The notes below the pieces were generated by a model. The model saw only the letters and a program-made list of their open reading frames with translations, ran no database searches and was not told the origin of the DNA. A stretch of DNA of 64,000 bases from Lingula anatina (lineage: Eukaryota; Animalia; Brachiopoda). The stretch spans positions 21,762,001 to 21,826,000 of the forward strand of contig CM120640.1 in the NCBI GenBank assembly GCA_051362555.1. The letters run 5' to 3'. Made by a program: the position numbers and the translations under genes. Below, piece by piece: positions 14,523 through 27,900 of this stretch (its first letter is position 1; each line of letters begins with the position of its first letter).

Positions 14523-17500
14523 ATGGCCACTGAAGGTTGCATGTCATGCATGAAGTATTGCATGTTCTTGTTTAATTTTATATTTCTGGTAAGTTCTAGA
14601 ATGTCTTTGTACTATTGTTCATTGTATATTTCTCCAGGCACTGCCTTAAGATACATTAACCATCATTGCATGCATGCTATGTTTAACATTACCTGTTTAA
14701 ATGTATTTGAACCAAGTCTTTTTATTTCTTAAGAGTGGGGTTTGGAAAATGTAATTTTTGCCATGCAAGCTGAACTTTTCCACTGGTGCATTAATTTTTG
14801 ATAAGTAAACTGTGAGCTCCATTAAATATTATTTTTGGTATGATAATGCTTGCAAGCTGAAGCCCACTGCAGTCAAATGAAATAGATCTCCTAAAAATAT
14901 ACATGTTAATCACATTTACAAAAGATGATAGTGATAATAATTATTATTATTATAAAAAGTTTTGGTCCACTAGCAGGTTTTGTATATAATAGAACAAATA
15001 AATAATATATTCCTCCTTTTTCACAAACACTGAATAAATTCAGATGGTACTTTAGATTACTTAATTCTTCAGATTGCTGGTCTGGGATTGAGCGGTCTTG
15101 GAATATGGTTGATAGTTGACCCAACATTGGTCACTTCTTTTATCCCCAATGAAGATTTTCTCCAGTATGCTGGCTATCTTCTTATTGGTCTTGGAGGCTT
15201 CATAGCTATAGTGGCCTTCTTTGGCTGCTGGGGAGCAGTGGCCCTGAGCAAGTGCATGCTGGTGATGGTGAGTTTTTTTTCTAATATGTGTTCTCTTAGT
15301 GTTTTCTCACACCTCTCTCTCTCACACACACACACACGCACACACACACACACACACATGCACAATTTTGATGCAATGGATTTTATCATTAATTTTGATA
15401 TGTTATTATACCATTACCCTTAAGTCCTGACATTTGGTTTTTTCCAGTACTTCTTGTTCTGCCTTTTGATATTTGCTGGTTTAATAGGGGGGGCAGTGAT
15501 GTCAGTTCTCTTCCAAGATGATGTAAGTATAGGACATTAAGCACCAGAATATCTATAATTTTTTTCTTGGGGGGGTGGGGGGGGGGGGGGGCAGAGGTGC
15601 AATATAAGTGTGAGCATTTTGAGGAACTAAATGTTGGAAATATACCCTTTGTGCCCTTTTTCTGCCTCCCCCTTTCCCCCCACTAGATTGACAGTGCAAA
15701 TATTTAGAGTACAGTGTATTTTCTTTTATGTTTTTCAACACTATAGATTGTTATGGTTGTTATGTTAACAGTATTCAAGTCATTCAGTGCTGCATGATTT
15801 TTTTTATCTGTGTTAGAACATGGTTGCTGTTTATTACACTTTTTGAATCATGTAAGGACTTTTCATAGTTTTATAAGTGAAATCAATAAATTATAAATTA
15901 CCATGTGACAGATCCTGCATTGCATATTGGTATTCTTTTGTATTTAATTGGTTTCTGACATTTGTAGATCAAAGCAAAGCTGAAGAAAGAAATGAATGCA
16001 ACTCTGTACACCAGCTATGGTGTGAGCAAGACCACTACTGATATATGGGATGCATTGCAGGAAGAGGTATGAAGTGTGTTAGATGTGCCTCCATCGGGTG
16101 TTGTGTTATTAGGTGTGCCAGTGATATTGTAGTATTGTGTCAGATGTGACATAGTGTTATTTCAGGCCAGTGCAAACTTTCTGTTATACAAGTGTGAAAG
16201 AGTGTTAAACTTGGGATCTTGTTAGCAAACAAAGGGTTCAGGAGTAAATAAGGCATGACATTATTAAGGAGAAGTTTTACAACAGTTTTAAGAAAAAAAT
16301 ATCAGCCAATAATCAATGAATAAACTCAAACAAAAAAAAGAGATTGGGATATCTGTTATATGTATCTCTAGGCTAAAAAATTTTTTCATGTAAGTTTTAT
16401 TAATTTAATAACATTATTGTTGTATTAAAGACTAAATGTATGTTTTTGATTTAGGTTGGCTGCTGTGGTTTGTCTGGGGATGAAGCTTGGCTGGACTACC
16501 AGAAAACTGCATGGTTTGCCAGGCAGAATGGAACCAAAGGTAAGTCTGACAGGATCATCAAGATAAATCAGTAGTTCACAAATGTTTTTGTCTGCATGTA
16601 CAGCATTAATAGTTCAGGTGTAACTTGATTAAATTCATTTCAGATTCCATCAAATAAAGTTTAACTTGCAATCTGCTCTCAGAACAAATGCAAGGACATT
16701 TTTCATCACTGTTAAACACTATTAAAGGTACATACGAACCGAGCATCGGTGGAGCGTGGATTCCCAGTAACACATGTAAACCACCTCTACTAGATTCTTA
16801 TATGACTCAAATAAATTCGACATGCCAAGGAATAAACTGAATAGATCACTCAATCAGCCATAAAAGACCTTTAGACTGCTCCTTTCTTTAAATTTTTGGT
16901 TGTAAATTTAACCTACTTTCGTGACCTACTTTCCTGCCCCATTGACATACAGCTTAGAATGCCAGCAGAAAAATCCCTTCCAACATCATTTTCGGGTAAA
17001 ATTAAACAATGCCTTTTGGTAATTCTCTTAGTTATACTACTTGAAACTATATGCTGGCATTTGGTTGGTTTTTGTGACAAAAAATTGACTTTGTATGCAT
17101 CTTTAAACATACAAAAAATCAGCATACATGAATTTGCTTCTCCATTCTTTTTGTTTCATATTTATTTTTATGATTTCAGTGGCTGTACCTGATAGCTGCT
17201 GTGTAGAGGGCAGTGATGGACAGATCTTAAACTTGGCTGAGTGCCAGAAAGTGGAAGCAACTAAGACTGACCAGTATATTCACAAAAAGGTATATATATT
17301 GGTTAAATATGTTGACCACTTGAATCATCAATGTAGACAGATTCAATACTAATTTATGGTGGTGTTTTTTTTAATTGAATAAGTAATGAGTTTCTTAGTG
17401 ATTTTTTTATTGATAGATGGGAGTTTAATCGACAATTGTACCTTTTACCAATAAATAATATCAAAGTCAGGCTATTTTTTAAGTTCTACTGTTTTATGTT

Positions 17501-17948
17501 TGAACCACAAGTTGAGCCATCTTTCATATTGTCTGAGGCATGATATATCTCTCTTATACAACAATACATTTTAAATCCAGGGTTGCTTCGAAGAGGGTGT
17601 TCACAAGTTTGAGGCACAAATCTCACAGCAACGGTGGCCATTATTTGGTTTAGCTATTGGAACTGTGACAATTTTGGTAAGATGATTTTTTCATTAATAT
17701 TTGACTCTTTGTAAAATTGTCTTGTGTACTATTCATTGTGTTGAGGTTACGGGGGATGGGGGCACTGTTGAAATTTTTCAAGACTGGTTTATCATTCAAG
17801 TTGGTTAAGAATAATAGACATTCATTTAGAAAGTATGGCACATTTTAAACAAATTTCATTTTTTACTTTTTTACAGATATTGGGTATGGTCCTTTCCCTT
17901 TGCCTGGCATGTCGCAGTGGAGGGAAGGAAGAGAAATATGCCATGTAA
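14523..17948 (+). CDS. Tetraspanin C (about 265 aa, 8 coding exons)
   Basis: Exons 14523-14588 (MATEGCMSCMKYCMFLFNFIFL), 15073-15267 (..FFGCWGAV..), 15448-15522, 15968-16066, 16455-16539 (VGCCG), 17180-17289 (VPDSCC), 17581-17676 (GCF) and 17877-17948 (..EEKYAM*). Splice sites canonical, frame consistent. Confidence 0.93.
15322..15358. repeat. (CA)n microsatellite
   Basis: Direct reading of the sequence. Confidence 0.9.
16726..17102. mobile_element. Kolobok-like non-autonomous element in an intron of tetraspanin C
   Basis: TTAA|AGGTACATAC ... GTATGCATCT|TTAA: TTAA target duplication, AG..CT termini, short imperfect TIR. Confidence 0.6.
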
Positions 17949-18776
17949 ATTCAAAATTCCCTTCAAGACTGATTACTTTGTACAAAGCAAACAAAGTTAA
18001 ATATGGACTTTTTCTCATCATGTTGCATGTACACTTCTCTGTTTCGCACTATTGTGAGAGACTGACAACTGAATAGCCTGGCTGTTTCATAAGAGTGTCA
18101 TCTAAATGAAGCACCCACTTTTAACATGGTCAGTTAAACAGATAAATTTTTGATTGGTCCAAACTGTTGGGAGCAAACTTGTGAAAGAGTGAAATCCCCT
18201 GTAGATTACATGTTTGGACTAGTCAGCATATGGTACCAAACGGAGACCTGTACCACACGACATGAAAAGGGCCATTAATTTGTCGATATTTTGATTGTCA
18301 ACCTAGTTGGAAAACCATTGTTCTTCCATTTTAAAGGTAGCTGCAAAAAAAAAAAAGCCATCATTGAGTTGGAATTTTTTAAAGTAAGGATAATGTAAGA
18401 AACATTTTGAGCTGTATTTGGATTAGTATTTTTTATGTTTATGTATTAAAATAAATTCTATGCTCTTGCAGCAATAAGTTTCACAGTATTTTTTGGAACT
18501 TGCCAGCATTAACTAATTGTACTTATGTTAATGGATGTATTTTACGCATACATATGGGCTTAAGAGGTTTTATATTTGGTTTTACATGCCATTGATGTAT
18601 TGTACTTCTATCACTTATCTTCAAGAATTGAACAGATTTAAGTTTTCTATTTCCCGTAATCAAGGTAGTGTTAGAAATAGCCTATTGATTGAAGATATTC
18701 AGTATTGGATCCATTTTAAAAGAGTCTGTATATGGTAATTATTTAGCAAAAAAAAAAAAAATAAATAAAATAAAAT

Positions 18777-18810
<34 letters not shown>

Positions 18811-20007
18811 CATGGTCCTCAAGAATATTGGTACTTAAAAGACCATTAGTAATTTACTTTATTGCATGTACAACACAAACTCATTTTTCCTCATTTGGGT
18901 CAGGCCAAGAAAATAGGTACATGCAGACCTGAAATTTTCACCTCAATAAAAAAAGTAATTTTTTGGCAGGGATATTTTAAAATTTCATTTTCTTAAAACA
19001 ATGTAATATATCCTTTAGATATAAACACTGGATATCCTAAAAATGAAAGAAAATTTAAGGCAACAAGAACCCAATGTTTAGTCCCACATTGAATATACTA
19101 TAAGTATATGTGCTTCCTCTCAAGGCCAAGTCAGTATTCCAGAAGATTTTAACAGATATTATAATTATAAAGAACAGTATTATGTTGGAAATATATTTCC
19201 ATTTTATCATCATGAAATTATTCATTTGTTATGCTTAGATAATCAGCTTTTTTGCTTTATTGACAAAAAATTCCCTTTCCCTCTTCAAGTGTACCAGTTA
19301 TTTGGATGTATTATAATTATCACTGTTAGAAATTTTCTGACAATAGAATCAGAGGTGACTTAAATGGAGTGAATTATTTGATTAGAATATAGATATCTCA
19401 GTATTGTATAGAAAATAAAATCTACACAGCTATTTGATTGAATTTTTGTATGATTCTCAATTAATGTAACTGCTTCCTAGCAGTTAACAAGTTTAAACCA
19501 GTTCAAATTTTAGATAATTTTGTAACTGCTTCATCTGACTGCTTTCTTTCTTCTTAGTGCTGCTTTAGCATTTTGTAAGATGAATACATTGTCACTGATC
19601 ACTATCCCTCCATATATTTAACTTTTAAAACTGATTATACCAAATTTATATATGTATATGTCTACTCAGTACTTTTTTTTTTTAGTTTTAAAGTGTTTAA
19701 ATGTATTTCATGTATGAGAGAAAAGTATGTCTGTGTTGATGCCAACTTTCTATTTTCTGCCAGGATTTTATCTTATCAGGGCCAACATTCAAAATATTTA
19801 GATCAGACATGCTAAAGGTATATTTGATCAACTTATCTCGGTAACTGTGCCATTCTCCATGCTGCCTCCCACTGAAAATAGAACCAAAGTTTCATTCTCA
19901 GATAATTCAATGGAAGCTACTAAACTGCAGAAAATCAAGTGTTTTAATGGATTATTAACTCAGTGAATGCTTTCATAATAAGCAGAATATTTTTTATGTG
20001 GATTAAG

Positions 20008-23000
20008 TGAACTTGATTGTAGTGCATTGTAGAGGAAGGGGTTAATACAACAGGTGTAAACTCTTGCCTGTCAGTAATAGGAAATACCAGTTTAGCATAT
20101 AGCCTCTGGTGTAGTCTTGACTGAATACACACATAGAAAAGTTTTTGGGGATTTTATAGCTGTTGCTTGGAAAATATTTGATATTAGATTTTACCAACTA
20201 AGGTAAGTCCTGCTAACTGTTCATTATTACAAAATAATAATAATAATTATTATAATATTCTCTGAAAAAACATGCTTTTATGCTCTGCATGTTTACAAAA
20301 CAAATTGAATTTCCCATAGAAGACAACATTTGACAACGTTTTTAAGGGAAATATTCAAGAGAATATTTTCATGAATCATAACATATTAAGAGGAACCTGT
20401 GGGTAGCCATTTGAATTTTACACATATGATATTGGTCAACTGCATGTTTGATGTTCAAATGCAACAAGTTTGGATAGTGACTTCCTTGTTGTTCTGAAAT
20501 TGTGAAATATTGTATAAAAATTGTTTGATAAATTGATTTAGCCACATTATCAGCATCCTAATTGAGAGTGTTGCTATGAAGCCATGGGAACTGTGTTATC
20601 TTGCAGATTACAAGTGAGTTTTGAATATACAACACACACCAAAACATTGCACAAAGATCAAGATGGTGGATACCTGTGGTCTGAAGTGTGTTAAATACTT
20701 ACTTTTTATATTTAATATCATCTTTTGGGTAAGTATTTTCCAATTTGATTTTACTTAAGGAAATAAACCCGGTTGAGATTTCTGGGATGTTTTAATTTGG
20801 TTTTTTTTAATCTGAGGGAATTTTCAGACAATATATATCACCAGTCTGAGCCTCATTCTAGCTAGATCTAGAGGTCTGGAGGTTGAATTTTTAAAAAGTT
20901 GTTTTTGTATGCAATGAATAATTTACTTATTTTTGTCCATTTTGTGTATCAACATTCAATTACTTGACTAGTGCAAAGCTAATATAATGTCACCACAAAC
21001 ACAATGTTTGTACAAGTTAGTGTCATTTATTATCTTCGCTCTTTTTTTTTTCCTTGTAACACTTTAATTTTATATTTTTTTTTCTTATTCTATGTCATTT
21101 TCAGTGAATACTCTTCTTTCCTCATCTGATAAATGAAGCTGGTTTAAAAAAATTTCATTGTTTTAATGTATCCATTTACTTTCAGCTTGCAGGTGCTGCA
21201 GTTCTTGGAGTTGGAATATGGATGCGTGTTGATGAAAATCAATTTGAGCCCCTGCTAGGCAGTAGTTTGTACCAGATAAGTGCCTATGTGTTGATAGGAG
21301 CAGGGGCATTGGTGTTTCTTGTGGGATTCTCTGGCTGCTGTGGGGCTGTCAGAGAAAGCAAATGCCTGCTTTGGACGGTAAGTACTATGTCCAACTCCTA
21401 ACTTTATGATGCCATCTACAGAATATGATAAATTAATTAATATTTTCAGAAATTTTTTATTTGATATATATTAGATTTACTTGTTATAGTTGGCAAGTTC
21501 TTCCTCTAATGAGCAATTTTATTTATAATGTTCATTGTCAAATTTCCTTTTTTTCCAAGAGTATAATTATCATTTGTCATGTTTGCCATTAAAATGACTA
21601 ACATTTATTCATTTACATGTCATTTTCATTAGCCAGAACACTATAATGCTTTGTATCTCATAAATAAGAAAATAATAGCTGAAGTTTTCTTTTGCAGTAC
21701 TTTGGCTTGTTATTCTTGATCTTTGCAATTGAAGTTGCTGCTGCTATCCTGGCATTTGTTTTCTTTGATACGGTAGGAATTGTGTTTTTCAACCTGTCAT
21801 TTGTCTTTCAAATCTTAACTTATACAAACTAAATGTGAGTGAGTTGGCATAAGGTATGGGTTGTGAAACTTTTAGCAACTACTGTACAGACATTTATTTA
21901 TCATATGTGACACATTTCAAAGATATCCATTGCACTTGTAAACAGCCAATTTAGTAAAAAAAAAATCCTAAAAAAAAACAGCTAAACTGTTGCCATACCC
22001 TCAGCATAACCACATCTTGATTTTAAATATATTTTTTATGCCAGACAAAATCAATATTTTGGGAACGGCTGACCCTTACTTTGAGAATTATATTTTTCAC
22101 ACTAATTTTTTTCAAGTGGAATAAAATGCATTGAGTATTAGTTAAGAAAGTGGATTAAGTTCACAACTGAAATTTCACCTGGCACCCCTTGCTGTTAACA
22201 CTTCTCATTAACCAACTTTAGAGTTTTGTCTGGCTTTATCTGTTTTCAGGTTAATGCAGAGATTGAAAAGCAAATCAATGTGACAATCAGTGAAAGATAT
22301 GGAAATAACTCATTTGGGGTTTTGAATAAAGCAGTGGATGCTTTACAATCTGAGGTAATGATTGGTTTGTTTTTTATTTCTTCTTACTTCTTTACCTAAG
22401 TACAATTTGAATATTTTTATTTATTTTTTTCTAACAATTTAAATAGCTCCAGTGATATTATTCTATGTTTGTTATTAACTTAGATGTGAGGTTATTATAT
22501 TATGAGATATGTTATGAATGCATTTTTTTTTTGCAAAGGATCAGAATTTGTTTGCCATGTCAGTGTAAACAATGTGCAAATATACATAATGATGTGCCAA
22601 ACACAGTATTATATTTTTTGTTGTGACAATGTGTATTGTTTTCTCTCCCAGATGAAATGCTGCGGATCAGATAACTGGAGAGACTGGCAGCGGTGGAATG
22701 ACTCTAGATTACCCTGGTCATGTTGTGAAACAGTCAATAAAGAATCATGCCCCAGTTCAAGTAATCTTAATATAAACTACAACAGCAACAAAGACCCAAC
22801 TGGCATTAACACCAAGGTATAAAAATTTCTTTAGTATTTAAACTTTACAAATTAGTAAATTATGAGTCTTAATAAGAAAACTTTTACAACAAATAATTAA
22901 GATAAAATCAATAAATTTTGTCATCATTTCATTCCTTTTCCTCACTGCATAGAGGACAATAATTTGCAGTAAGTGAATATGCATAATAGTCTTGTATGTA

Positions 23001-24030
23001 TTGCAGGCATGTAAACCCCGACTACTGGATTGGGCCAGAGAGAACTTGATTATATTGGGGGCTTTGGGAATGGGAACTGCCTTTATAGAGGTAATGAACA
23101 ACTCTGTCAGCAAAAACACAAGTCTTTTTGGCCCGAAAAGAAAATATAATATTCCATACTGATTCCTGCTGTTAGCTTTTATAATTTTACACTGCTGCTC
23201 TTGTATCTGTTTTCATGTTGATATATCTGTTTCAAATTATCTCAGCATTTTCATATTTGCCTTTTGGGTGATACCGAAGCAACATTTTGAATTATTGGTA
23301 TATACCTTGTGTTTATCTAATTTTACTTACTTTGAGCTTAAAATAACAGCATCTTTTAAAGAAGTTTTTTATCTTTTGCAGCTCCTGGGCATGATCTTTG
23401 CATGCTGCTTAATCAAAGCCATAGATGACCAGCCATAGAAAAGAAAAGAACAAGCCTCTTGCACCACAAAATGTAAATCATCTGGGACCAAGCATATTTT
23501 ATTAAGCTTGAATACTTTCATAATTGCTCCAGATTCAGTTTTTTCCTGGTATTAGAAATCTTCAAAATGTAAGAAGTTGAATAGATTTGCATCACTGACG
23601 CTGCTAAATGTAATGCAAATGCTGAAAATGAAGAATGCTAGCCATGTAAGAATGGTTTCAAATATTATAGTTATTGACAGTTACTTTGCAGACCTTAGAA
23701 AAGCAATATTGAGAGAATTCCCAGATATAATGTATTCTACATGTATGCTAATTATAGATAATTTCTCACATCAAATTACTTACATACATGTAGTTACACA
23801 CTGGAATTAATATCCATATTTCCAATTCATCAAGCCAGAAACATGATTCATAAGCTTCTTTTTTATATCTATATTGTAAATAAGTTTTATAAAGGGTAAA
23901 ACTATTAGTATTCCTGGTAAATAAACCATGTAATTCTAGTTGAGAAGGCATCATAGCTATTCAGTGGGCAAACAAATGGAAAAACAAATATTTTGATACA
24001 ATATTTCATAATGCTTTAAAGCAAAATCAC
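20008..24030 (+). repeat. Segmental duplication, copy 1 (contains tetraspanin D); boundaries approximate
   Basis: Upstream sequence, introns and 3' UTR align by eye with about 24956-29405. Confidence 0.9.
20663..23438 (+). CDS. Tetraspanin D (about 247 aa, 7 coding exons)
   Basis: Exons 20663-20728 (MVDTCGLKCVKYLLFIFNIIFW), 21186-21377 (GCCGAVRESKCLL), 21698-21772, 22250-22354, 22652-22816 (MKCCGSDNWRDW..PWSCC), 23007-23090 and 23382-23438 (..CCLIKAIDDQP*). Confidence 0.93.
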
Positions 24031-24406
24031 TTCAAATTTTAATTCTGCACATACTGTTACTGCTGACTTTGGAAACACTGTTGGTCCTGAAAAGCGACAA
24101 TTTGTGAAGAATGAAAAATTCATACACTCACACACACAAAAAAAATAAATTAAAAAAAAATTTAAAAAAAAAAAAACAGATTCAAGAAAACAATTGGGAC
24201 AGGCTGGTTGATTATACTCGAGCTGTATTTAGGTCCTATTGATCAGTCCTTTGAGAGTATTAATTATTTGTTACTTTTCCTCATGTTTACAAAGACAGAT
24301 AACAAAATATGCTTTTAGTCAAGTTTGATGCAGTATTACATACATTAAAAGAAAATTATCACTTCTACTTTCAAATACTGTAACTGTGACAGGGCATTTT
24401 ATGGAC

Positions 24407-24581
24407 GGGGGCGTCCCAATAGTCCAAAGGTTCATTGGTCCGAAGGTTTGATGGTCTGAAAAGTGGTAACATTTTCATCGATTTTTTTAATCAAGGGTTC
24501 ATTGGTCCGAAGGTTCTATAGTGAACATTCGGATCATTGAACCTTCGGACTATTGAACCTTCGGACTATTGCTACGGCCCC
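24407..24581. mobile_element. 175-bp MITE with an 8-bp TSD and GG termini (Merlin- or MULE-like)
   Basis: TSD TTATGGAC at 24399-24406 and 24582-24589. Imperfect TIRs of about 54 bp built from 16-bp units (GGTTCAATAGTCCGAA-like). Confidence 0.8.
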
Positions 24582-24955
24582 TTATGGACAGCAACTAGCG
24601 TTTTTTCCTGTGAAAAGAATTTTATTTTGCTCACACGAACTACGTCAAGTAGGAGATGTGACAAAGATGTCCCCTGTCATCCCTCAGTCAGTCTTTTCTA
24701 TGGCTCTAGCTGTTACACGTCTTCTTTCAAGAATATGAATGCAGCAAAGCAAGTTTTGATCAACATTTACTAGAAATATTATTAGAAACACTGATTCTCA
24801 ACCTTCAACTTACGTAAATATGTGACTTGCCTAGTTCTTTGATTATTAATATTCAATTCTAATTGACCAAAACTAGTCATTTTCCTGGATCTACCAAAAT
24901 GAATGCTGTATGTAAATGCTGTCATAATAAGCAGCCTATTTCTTATGTAAATGAA

Positions 24956-27900
24956 GTGAATTTGAATTTGTAGTGCATTATTGAGGAAGGGGTTAATACA
25001 ACTGGTGTAACCTAGCTCTTGCCTGTAAGTAATATTAGGAAAAAGAACATGCTTTTATATTCTGAATGTTTACAAAACAAAATGAATTTCCCATAGAAAA
25101 CAGCATTTGTCAGCATTTGAAATTCCAAAACACTTTATTGCTAGTTATAAATTTTCAGTGTTTAGGCTGTACATAACTTGTGTCTATGGCAATTTTATTT
25201 AAATTGGATCAATTCATGTAATTCAAAATAACACCTTAAATATGTATAATCTTTCATTTTAGATTAACTTTGTACTTTAAGGGGATAACAACACTGTTTG
25301 TTACAGTCAAAAATGGAATTAAATATCCTGAGGTAAATGATAATTTTCCCATACTTACCAATCAATTCTGGCATTCAATGGAAGTCCATATTTATTTTTT
25401 CTAAAATGTTTGGTTATTTGTAATAATTTCTTAAAATCTATGAAGATCTATGGAGGTCCACATTGTCTGATGGAAAGCACAGATTCCAGAATAATTGCGA
25501 TAACTGTTGGTTGTTTTGGTTGTAAAATAAAATTTATTTTATTTCTACGAGTTGTTTACGTTGTATTTATTGTAAAATATGAATCTCATTTGAAAAGTTG
25601 TTATCTCTTTAATATCATGCAGAAGTTAAGGGAATACTCAAGAGAATATTTTCATGAATCATAACATATTAAGAGGAACCTATGGGTAGCAATTTAAAAT
25701 TTACACAGCCAATATTGGTTGACTGCAACAAGTTTTATTTATTGGCATATATTGACTTCCTTGTTGATCTGAAATTGTGAAATATTGCATAAAAATTGTT
25801 TGATAAATTGATTAGGCCACATTATCAACATCCTAATTGAGAGTGTTGCTATGAAACCATGGAAACTGATATCTTGTAGATTACAAGTGAGTTCTGAATA
25901 TATCACCCACACCCAAAAGCTGCACAAAACTCAAGATGGTGGATACCTGTGGTCTGAAGTGTATTAAATACTTACTTTTTATATTTAATATCATCTTTTG
26001 GGTAAGTATTTTCAAATTTGATTTCACTTAAAGAATTAAACCTAGTTGAGATTTCTAGGATGTACTAATTTGGGATTTTTTAATCTGAGAGAATTTCAGA
26101 CAAACACAAGTCTGAGACTCATCCTAACTAGAGGTCTGGAGGTTGAAATTTTAAAAAGTTGTTTTTGTAGTAATTAATAATACACTTATTTTTGTCAATT
26201 TTGTGTATCAACATTCAATTACTTGACTGGTGCACACCCAATACAATGTCATCACAAACACAATGTATGTACATTTTAGTGTCATTTATTATCTTCTCTC
26301 TTTTTTTTCCTTGTAACACTTTCTTTCTATTTTTTTATTCTATGTCATTTTCAGTGAATACTCTCCTTTCCTCATCTGATAAATAAAACTGGTTTTAATG
26401 TATCCATTTACATTCAGCTTGCTGGTGCTGCAGTTCTTGGAGTTGGAATATGGATCCGTGTTGATAAAAATCAATTCGAGCTTCTGCTAGGGAGTAGTTT
26501 GTACCAGATTAGTGCCTATGTGTTGATAGGAGCAGGGGCACTGGTGTTTCTTGTGGGATTCTCTGGCTGCTGTGGGGCTGTCAAAGAAAGCAAATGCCTG
26601 CTCTGGGCAGTAAGTATATGTACATTGTCCAACTCCTAACTTTATGACACCACAGAACATTCCATAAATTAAAATTTCTTTCAGAAATTGTTGAATTAAT
26701 ATATGTTACATTTAATTATTATAGTTGGCAAGCTCTTGCTCTATTGAGCAATTTATTTATGATGTTAATTGTCAAATGTCTTTTTTTTCCAAGAGAATAA
26801 GTATTATTTGTCGTGTATACCATCTAAATGACTAACAATTAATTACTTTCTTGTCATTAGCATTAGCCAGAACACAGTAATGTTTTGTATCTCATAAATA
26901 AGAAAATAATAGCTGAGGTTTTCTTTTGCAGTACTTTGGCTTGTTATTCTTGATCTTTGCAATTGAAGTTGCTGCAGCTATCCTGGCATTTGTTTTCTTT
27001 GATAAGGTAGGATTTGTGTTTTTCAACCTGTCATTTATCTTTCAAATCTTGACTTATACAAACTAAATGTGAATGAGATGGCATAAGGTATGGGTTGTGA
27101 AGCTTTTAGCATCTTCTGTACAAGTCTGTGTAGACATTTATTTTTCATATGTAACACATTTCAAAGATATCCAGTGCAATGTAAACAACCAATTTAGTAA
27201 GAAAAGTCCTTTAATTAATTTTTTTATTAAAAATAGACTAACTTTGAGAATTGGATTTTTCACACTTCATTTTTTTCTAGTGGAAAAAATGCAATGTGTT
27301 TTGGCTAAGAAAGTGGAATAAGTTCACAATAAACTATAGGAAAAACTTGATTATGTTGTTTTTATGCTTTAAACCCTCCCTCCAAAAAGAAACATAAAAC
27401 TAAATAAATTGTTAAATAGAAAAATAAAATGCTGTTTTATTTGACTGCTATTAGCTACTACACTCATTTTAATAAATATGATCAAATAGTGAAACAAATG
27501 TAATTTCATCTGACATCCCTTGCTGTTTACACTTCTCATAAACCAACTTTAAGTTAACAATTTTGTCTGGCTTTATCCGTTTAATAGGATAATGCAGAGA
27601 TTGAAAAGCAAATCAATGTGACTATCAGTGAAAGGTATGGAAAAAACTCATTCGAGGTTTTGAATAAAGCAGTGGATGCTTTACAATATGAGGTAATAAT
27701 TTTTTTTTGTTTTTTCTTATTATTAGTTCTTTATCTAAGTACAAATTTGAATATTTCTATATTTTTATTTTCTAACAATTTATGGGCTCCAGTGATATTA
27801 GTATATATGTCTGATATATATATTTAATGGGATGCCAGGTTATTAGATTATAAGATATGTGTGCATTTTTTGTAACATCTTGCAAGGTTTCAGAATTTGT

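Noticed and set aside
24420-24575. CRISPR-like short repeated units
   Set aside because: Eukaryotic context with no unique spacers; the units are inverted subrepeats of a MITE.
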